34,298 nucleotides of DNA, from NCBI GenBank assembly GCA_040326155.1, contig JBEQLE010000045.1:1-34298 (forward strand). Reading direction: 5' to 3'. The DNA comes from Leptospirales bacterium (GTDB lineage Bacteria; Spirochaetota; Leptospiria; Turneriellales; JAOUFE01). Position numbers and translations under genes: made by a program. Positions within the stretch are counted from its first letter, which is position 1. Each line of letters opens with the position of its first letter. Below are positions 28,520 through 34,298 of the stretch, piece after piece. The notes beneath the pieces are model-generated. The model was given only the letters and a program-made list of their open reading frames with translations. It did not search any database and had not been told where the DNA came from.

Positions 28520-29197
28520 TTAAGATTCTCTTCTTCGTACCAGGTATTTATCATCTTCTTTACCCGCCGATTCAATATAATCACCATTATAAACCCAGAC
28601 TTTAACGCCAATTTTTCCATAGGTCGTATCTGCTTCCGTAAAACCGTAGTCGATTAAAGCTCGTAAAGTATGCAATGGAACGCGACCTTCGAGGTAGTGT
28701 TCCGTACGAGCCATGTCGGCGCCATTAAGACGACCTGCAACATTTACTTTCACACCTTGAACACCGGAGCGAAGAGCCGAACGAAGGGCTTGTTTCATCG
28801 CACGACGAAACGGCATTCTCTCTTCTAGTTGAAGAGCAACCGATTCGGCAAGCGACTGAGCAGAGGCGTCAGGCTTTGAAACCTCAATAATTTTAACCTC
28901 TAACGGTTTTGTAACAAAACTAGCTAACTCTGCCTTAAGAGCTTCGATATTTTTACCTTTTTGCCCGATTACAATACCGGGTTTAGTACAATGCAATTTA
29001 ACATGAACTTTTTCGGGAAATCGATCAATGGCAATTTTTATTACACCAGCTTTTTTATAGCGGTTTTTAACTGCCTTTCGAATTCGTATGTCTTCGTGCA
29101 GAATTTTTGCATAATTCTCTTTTTTTGCATACCAGACCGAGTCCCAGGTTCTGTTGACTTTTAATCTAAGTCCGATTGGATTAACTTTTTGTCCCAT
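28520..29197 (-). CDS. rpsC: 30S ribosomal protein S3
   Basis: [28 protein letters not shown]. Confidence 0.98.
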   Translation of the reverse strand: MGQKVNPIGLRLKVNRTWDSVWYAKKENYAKILHEDIRIRKAVKNRYKKAGVIKIAIDRFPEKVHVKLHCTKPGIVIGQKGKNIEALKAELASFVTKPLEVKIIEVSKPDASAQSLAESVALQLEERMPFRRAMKQALRSALRSGVQGVKVNVAGRLNGADMARTEHYLEGRVPLHTLRALIDYGFTEADTTYGKIGVKVWVYNGDYIESAGKEDDKYLVRRRES

Positions 29198-29208
29198 AAT
29201 AAACTTCC

Positions 29209-29544
29209 CTATTCGTCTGATAATACTACTGTCAATCGAGATGTCCGACGAAAAACGCGATCGGCTCTACCTCGTGCACGGGGCTTGAACCTTTTCCAGG
29301 TTGCACCCTCATCGACATAAATCTTTTTTACATACAATGCGCTTTCTTCTAAATCAGTTGAGAGTACCTTTGCGTTTGCTCCGGCGCTCATCACGGCTTT
29401 CAATACAACTTCCGCAGATTTTTGGGGTAGATTTTTTAAAACATCAATGGCTTCTAAAAAATCATAACCACGAACCTCGTTTACAACGAGTCTCATTTTA
29501 CGCGGTGATATTCGAATATGATTTGCACTTGCCTTAGCTTCCAT
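29209..29544 (-). CDS. rplV: 50S ribosomal protein L22
   Basis: [23 protein letters not shown]. Confidence 0.98.
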   Translation of the reverse strand: MEAKASANHIRISPRKMRLVVNEVRGYDFLEAIDVLKNLPQKSAEVVLKAVMSAGANAKVLSTDLEESALYVKKIYVDEGATWKRFKPRARGRADRVFRRTSRLTVVLSDE

Positions 29545-29562
29545 TATTAATTACCCCTGAAA

Positions 29563-29838
29563 TTATTTCTTCTTCCTGTCTAAACTGGTATGGCCTCGAT
29601 AGTTTCGAGTGGGGGAAAATTCTCCCAATTTGTGGCCAACCATATTTTCAGTCACATAGACTGGAATAAATTTAATACCATTGTATACCATAATCGTAGT
29701 GCCTACCATTTCAGGAAAAATTGTAGATCTTCTAGACCATGTTTTTATAGGCTTTTTATCGCCTGCTGCTCTCGCCTTTTCAATTTTCTTGAAAAGATGG
29801 GCATCTATAAAAGGACCTTTTTTTAGTGATCTGGCCAT
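29563..29838 (-). CDS. rpsS: 30S ribosomal protein S19
   Basis: [25 protein letters not shown]. Confidence 0.98.
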   Translation of the reverse strand: MARSLKKGPFIDAHLFKKIEKARAAGDKKPIKTWSRRSTIFPEMVGTTIMVYNGIKFIPVYVTENMVGHKLGEFSPTRNYRGHTSLDRKKK

Positions 29839-29839
29839 A

Positions 29840-30670
29840 TTATCTACTTACCCTCCTGGAAATAATAAATCTTCCACTAACTTTACGCTTATTACGTGTC
29901 TTTTTCCCTTTTGTTGGTTTACCCCAGGGAGTAACGGGGTGACGTCCACCAGATGAGCGACCTTCACCACCACCTAGAGGGTGGTCAACCGGGTTCATGG
30001 CAACACCACGAACTTTGGGTCTTCTACCAAGCCAACGACTTCGTCCGGCTTTCCCTAAAGTGACTAGTTCTTTTTCACCGTTGCTTACAATACCTACGGT
30101 AGCAAGACACTTTCCGTGAACTCTTCGGACTTCTCCCGATGGGAGTTTTATAATTACATACTCTTTATCATGACCCGAAATAGTAGCAAACGTACCAGCT
30201 GAACGAGCCATCTGCCCGCCTTTACCGATTACCAGCTCGACATTGTGGACATTCGTACCGATAGGAAGATTCCCTATTGGTGCTGTGTTACCAGGCTCAA
30301 TTTCCACTTTTTGATCAGCCACAATAATTTGCCCGACTTTCAAACCAAGTGGGGCTACAATGTAGCGTCTTTCACCGTCTGTGTAGCACAACAATGCTAT
30401 GAGTGCCGTACGGTTTGGATCGTATTCAATAGTTTCAACTTTAGCCGGAATTCCGGTTTTATTGCGTGCAAAATCAATAAGACGGTATTTCTGTTTATGC
30501 CCACCGCCTCTTCTACGGACGGTAATTTTACCTTGATTATTTCGCCCTGCCTTTTCAGACAAGCCGGATAAAAGAGGTTTGTGAGGCACAGAACAAGTAA
30601 TTTGTTCTGATTTAACAACAGTCTTAAATCTTTGAGTTGGAGTAACTGGTTTAAATCTTTTTATAGCCAT
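29840..30670 (-). CDS. rplB: 50S ribosomal protein L2
   Basis: [30 protein letters not shown]. Confidence 0.99.
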   Translation of the reverse strand: MAIKRFKPVTPTQRFKTVVKSEQITCSVPHKPLLSGLSEKAGRNNQGKITVRRRGGGHKQKYRLIDFARNKTGIPAKVETIEYDPNRTALIALLCYTDGERRYIVAPLGLKVGQIIVADQKVEIEPGNTAPIGNLPIGTNVHNVELVIGKGGQMARSAGTFATISGHDKEYVIIKLPSGEVRRVHGKCLATVGIVSNGEKELVTLGKAGRSRWLGRRPKVRGVAMNPVDHPLGGGEGRSSGGRHPVTPWGKPTKGKKTRNKRKVSGRFIISRRVSR

Positions 30671-30954
30671 TATACACCCTCAAATAACTCTATTTTATCT
30701 TTTGTATCAAGAAATACGTATGCTTTCTTATAACCGGCTTTATACCCAAAGCCAAAACGGTTTTTCTTCGCTTTTCCAAGCACATTTAGTACGTTTACTT
30801 TTAAAGGAGTAACGCCATAAATTGCTTTAATAGCTTTTTTTATCAAGGTCTTATTAGCCCTTTTCGATACCTTAAAAACGTAAACGTTTTGTTCTCGAAG
30901 AACTTCGGCTTTTTCGGTTACGATAGGACTGTTTATAACATCAAAAACGTTCAT
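30670..30954 (-). CDS. rplW: 50S ribosomal protein L23
   Basis: [19 protein letters not shown]. Confidence 0.97.
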   Translation of the reverse strand: MNVFDVINSPIVTEKAEVLREQNVYVFKVSKRANKTLIKKAIKAIYGVTPLKVNVLNVLGKAKKNRFGFGYKAGYKKAYVFLDTKDKIELFEGV

Positions 30955-30964
30955 AGTTGATCCT

Positions 30965-31648
30965 TTATTTTACCTTCTCTAATAATTTCTGGTAAGCATC
31001 TTTTGTAATTATAATTCCGTGACTATGCCAAAGGGGCAAAGCGCCCAATCGATCAACGTGCATATACTGAACCCATGGAATATTTCTCATGGAACGCTTA
31101 TTGTCTTGCTCATCGTCGGCATGAATAAAAGCAACCTTTCGACGGTCATCATTTGTATTCGCCTTCAATTTTCTACCTTTTACATAATTCTCGTAAAACG
31201 TAGAAGCTTCGACTACTTTAGTAAGACCTATAAAAGCGTCTTTTGTCGATACTTTATCCAGTTTCATTTGGTCCAGAATAACAATCTGTCCAATCTGAAT
31301 TTTTTTAGTTAGTATACTTATAATTCCAGCGCGTTTCTTCTTCTGAGGAATCGCTTGGCGATAATCTCTTGGTCTTGGTCCAAACGTGGTTCCACCGCCT
31401 TTCCAGATGGGTGAACGGTTTGAGCCAGCTCTCGCACGACCTGTTCCTTTTTGACGCCACGGTTTTTTACCGCCGCCTCGCACTTCGCCTTTTTCCTTGG
31501 TTTTATGAGTTCCTTGTCGCAAATTTGCCTGCTCGGCTACGACAATTTCCCAAATGAGGTGCTCATTGACTTCATTCGTAAAAATCTTTGGAACTTCTTC
31601 CTCGGATATGGACGAACCTTTAAAATCTACTACTTTTATCGCCATCAT
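30965..31648 (-). CDS. rplD: 50S ribosomal protein L4
   Basis: RQGTHKTK, GGGKKPWRQKGTGRARAGS, FGPRPRDY. Confidence 0.98.
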   Translation of the reverse strand: MMAIKVVDFKGSSISEEEVPKIFTNEVNEHLIWEIVVAEQANLRQGTHKTKEKGEVRGGGKKPWRQKGTGRARAGSNRSPIWKGGGTTFGPRPRDYRQAIPQKKKRAGIISILTKKIQIGQIVILDQMKLDKVSTKDAFIGLTKVVEASTFYENYVKGRKLKANTNDDRRKVAFIHADDEQDNKRSMRNIPWVQYMHVDRLGALPLWHSHGIIITKDAYQKLLEKVK

Positions 31649-31657
31649 AATATCCTA

Positions 31658-32284
31658 TCAGTTCTGGTATACGAATACCTGAGAACCATTTGGGCCGGGG
31701 ACAGAGCCTCGAATTAAAACAATATTCTCATCGGGCAGAACCTTTACAACTACAAGATGCATAGTTGTTGCGGTCTTTCCACCCATTCTACCAGGCATTT
31801 TTTTACCCTTAGCAACACGTCCCGGGTCGGTTCCAGCGCCGACAGAACCAGGCGAGCGGTGAAAATGGGAGCCGTGTGTAGCGCGTCCACCACGGAAGTT
31901 GTAACGTTTTACAACACCCTGGAAGCCCTTACCTTTACTTTTACCCTGAACGATTACCTTATCGCCTTGAGAAAAAATATCACAAGATAAGATGTCACCC
32001 TCCTGGGCGTCACCTTCGTAATTGCGAATCTCTTTCAAGACACGATAGTAAATGTTTGCTTTTTCAAAAGAGGCTTTTTGATGCCCTTTCGCGGCTTTCG
32101 TTAAAGACGTATCTTTAATTTCATTATAACCGATCTGAACAGCCGAATAACCGTCTCTTTCCGGAGTCTTGACCTGAGTAATAGAACAAGGCCCTAGCTG
32201 TATGGCGGTAACAACCTCCACACGACCAGCCTCGGTCCAAACTTGAGTCATTCCGACTTTTTCTCCCAATAATCCCTTTTTCAT
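31658..32284 (-). CDS. rplC: 50S ribosomal protein L3
   Basis: KVGMTQV, DGYSAVQIG, KGKGFQG, GKKMPGRMG. Confidence 0.98.
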   Translation of the reverse strand: MKKGLLGEKVGMTQVWTEAGRVEVVTAIQLGPCSITQVKTPERDGYSAVQIGYNEIKDTSLTKAAKGHQKASFEKANIYYRVLKEIRNYEGDAQEGDILSCDIFSQGDKVIVQGKSKGKGFQGVVKRYNFRGGRATHGSHFHRSPGSVGAGTDPGRVAKGKKMPGRMGGKTATTMHLVVVKVLPDENIVLIRGSVPGPNGSQVFVYQN

Positions 32285-32300
32285 ACAAAATTCCCTGTTA

Positions 32301-32609
32301 TCAGGATTTAATATCCACCGATACTCCGGCCGGCAGTTGCAATTTCATCAATGCATCGATGGTATCGCCAGTCGGCTCCAAAATATCTATTAACCTTGAA
32401 TGCGTTCGCATCTCGTATTGATCCCTTGAATCTTTATGAACAAAGGTAGAACGAAGTACTGTAAACTTTTCAATTTTAGTGGGCAAGGGTACAGGTCCTG
32501 CAACCTGTGCTCTTGTCCGCTCTACGGTACCAACGATCTCCAGAGCAGATTGGTCTAACAATCTGTGATCAAAAGACTTTAGTTTAACTCTAATTTTCTG
32601 GGCTGACAT
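32301..32609 (-). CDS. rpsJ: 30S ribosomal protein S10
   Basis: [26 protein letters not shown]. Confidence 0.98.
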   Translation of the reverse strand: MSAQKIRVKLKSFDHRLLDQSALEIVGTVERTRAQVAGPVPLPTKIEKFTVLRSTFVHKDSRDQYEMRTHSRLIDILEPTGDTIDALMKLQLPAGVSVDIKS

Positions 32610-32626
32610 ACGTTACTTCTAACAAA

Positions 32627-33832
32627 TTATTCAACGATCTTTGCAACAACGCCGGCGCCGATTGTACGACCACCTTCGCGAATTGCAAAACGTAAACCTT
32701 CGTCCATTGCGATCGGGTTGATCAATTCAATAGACATCGTTATATTATCACCTGGGTTAACCATTTCGACGCCTTCAGGCAATGCGATGGTACCAGTTAC
32801 ATCTGTCGTTCTAAAATAAAACTGTGGGCGGTATTTATCGAAGAATGGAGTGTGACGTCCGCCTTCTTCTTTAGTTAATACCAAAACCTCAGCATCGAAC
32901 TTCTTGTGTGGTGTAATAGTACCGGGCTTAGCCAAAACTTGACCGCGCTCGATATCTTCTTTTTTAGTACCACGAAGTAGAATACCTACGTTATCCCCAG
33001 CTTGACCAAAATCAAGTAACTTACGGAACATTTCAATTCCAGTTACTGTGGTTTTAGTTGTGTCACGAAGACCTACAATTTCAATTTCTTCATTGATATT
33101 GATTTGACCACGCTCAATACGTCCTGTTGCAACAGTACCTCGACCAGTGATCGAGAATACATCTTCAACGGGCATTAAGAAGTCTTTATCAACATCACGA
33201 ACAGGGTCTGGAATATATGTATCTAGAGCTTCTGCAAGCTTCAAAATAGCACCTTCCCCTAAATCGCCGGTATCGCCTTCTGTTGCTTTCAGGGCTGAAC
33301 CATTGACGAATGGAATATCGTCGCCAGGAAACTGATACTTGTTTAAAAGGTCGCGAACTTCCATTTCAACTAGTTCCAGCATATCAGCACGATCAGCATC
33401 GGGCAGCATATCGACTTTATTCAAAAACACAATCATGTGCGGCACGCCTACTTGACGAGCAAGAAGGATGTGTTCTCGAGTCTGGGGCATCGGGCCGTCA
33501 GTGGCCGATACAACCAATATAGCGGCGTCCATTTGAGCGGCGCCTGTAATCATATTTTTTACGTAGTCAGCATGACCTGGACAATCGACGTGAGCATAAT
33601 GTCTATTCTCGGTTTCGTATTCCTGATGAGAGGTCGCGATGGTAATTCCTCTTTCTCTCTCTTCTGGAGCGTTGTCGATTTCTTCATATGAAACTGTTTT
33701 ATTAGTTCCACCAAATTTATTGGTCAGTACTGTAGTAATAGCAGCTGTGAGAGTCGTTTTGCCATGATCCACATGTCCGATAGTTCCGACATTAACGTGG
33801 GTCTTGCTACGATCAAACTTTTCTTTAGCCAT
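32627..33832 (-). CDS. tuf: elongation factor Tu
   Basis: [44 protein letters not shown] at 33846-33841. Confidence 0.99.
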   Translation of the reverse strand: MAKEKFDRSKTHVNVGTIGHVDHGKTTLTAAITTVLTNKFGGTNKTVSYEEIDNAPEERERGITIATSHQEYETENRHYAHVDCPGHADYVKNMITGAAQMDAAILVVSATDGPMPQTREHILLARQVGVPHMIVFLNKVDMLPDADRADMLELVEMEVRDLLNKYQFPGDDIPFVNGSALKATEGDTGDLGEGAILKLAEALDTYIPDPVRDVDKDFLMPVEDVFSITGRGTVATGRIERGQININEEIEIVGLRDTTKTTVTGIEMFRKLLDFGQAGDNVGILLRGTKKEDIERGQVLAKPGTITPHKKFDAEVLVLTKEEGGRHTPFFDKYRPQFYFRTTDVTGTIALPEGVEMVNPGDNITMSIELINPIAMDEGLRFAIREGGRTIGAGVVAKIVE

Positions 33833-34167
33833 AACATTTGCTCCTTATAAACCGTTTATTAAATCCGTAACCGGGCCAGGCCCGATTTAGCGGCAGCCAG
33901 TAGGTAAATTTACCGCTGGCAGAAGGCATTTTTAAACCAATAAACACTCTGACAAGAACAATTTATTCTATACTTCATATATTGCTAATAATATAATATT
34001 TTTTGATGGGGCGGCTGGAAGGTCCCAAGCCGTTTGTTAGAAGCGTAAAGTCGGGTTTTGAGGATAATAATAAACCCGTTTGAATCTGGCGACTACTTTT
34101 TTACACTACTTTCCAAAAAAATGTGACATAATATGTACAGGAGGGGGGGGGCTGGAATTTTCCAGGA

Positions 34168-34298
34168 GGGGTTGTCTAAAAAATCGTAAGGAGCCCGAAA
34201 GCCTCGCATTTTGCTTTGCAAAATGCTTCTAAAGCGGCCCCTGGCCTGCTTTCGGGTTTCTTTTTTTCGCTTCGCGAAAAATTCGCGACTTTTTAGAC
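34168..34298. repeat. nested palindromic MITE-like element, cut by the window end
   Basis: Outer arms GTCTAAAAAATCG(34174-34186)/CGACTTTTTAGAC(34286-34298). Inner arms CCCGAAAGC/GCTTTCGGG. Hairpins GCATTTTGC-ttt-GCAAAATGC and TTTTTCGC-ttc-GCGAAAAA. Confidence 0.75.

Noticed and set aside
34005..34100. tRNA upstream of tuf
   Set aside because: No T-loop or D-loop consensus and no cloverleaf on either strand.

Overview
Bacterial chromosome segment, most likely from a Leptospirales-type spirochaete. This rests on my recall of Leptospira orthologues: 130-aa L14 with the PAYG..GKK.H.K insertion, 401-aa EF-Tu, short-LID Adk and a long L17. The window has three parts. (1) About 1-8760 is an AT-rich accessory island of unrelated, separately promoted genes: an IS630 remnant, a PD-(D/E)XK-like protein, a CopG/VapC TA pair with a nonsense-disrupted toxin, a membrane protein plus TetR, two lipoproteins, a 39-aa-repeat beta-propeller-like exported protein, and a BrnT/BrnA-like TA pair with a deleted second antitoxin copy. 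GC-rich structured spacers separate these genes. Three spacers carry what look like antisense group II intron 3' ends, and one also carries a 5'-end-like sequence. (2) 8790-17315 is housekeeping: clpP, murA (Cys->Asp), dapB, dapA, pyrF, a STAS protein, a TonB-like protein, an MlaF-like ATPase, mutY and tRNA-Leu(GAG). (3) 17333-33832 is a minus-strand tuf-S10-spc-alpha ribosomal superoperon with map but without infA, and no fusA directly upstream. Both window ends lie in palindromic repeat elements. All family calls come from motif recognition; no database search or folding program was run.
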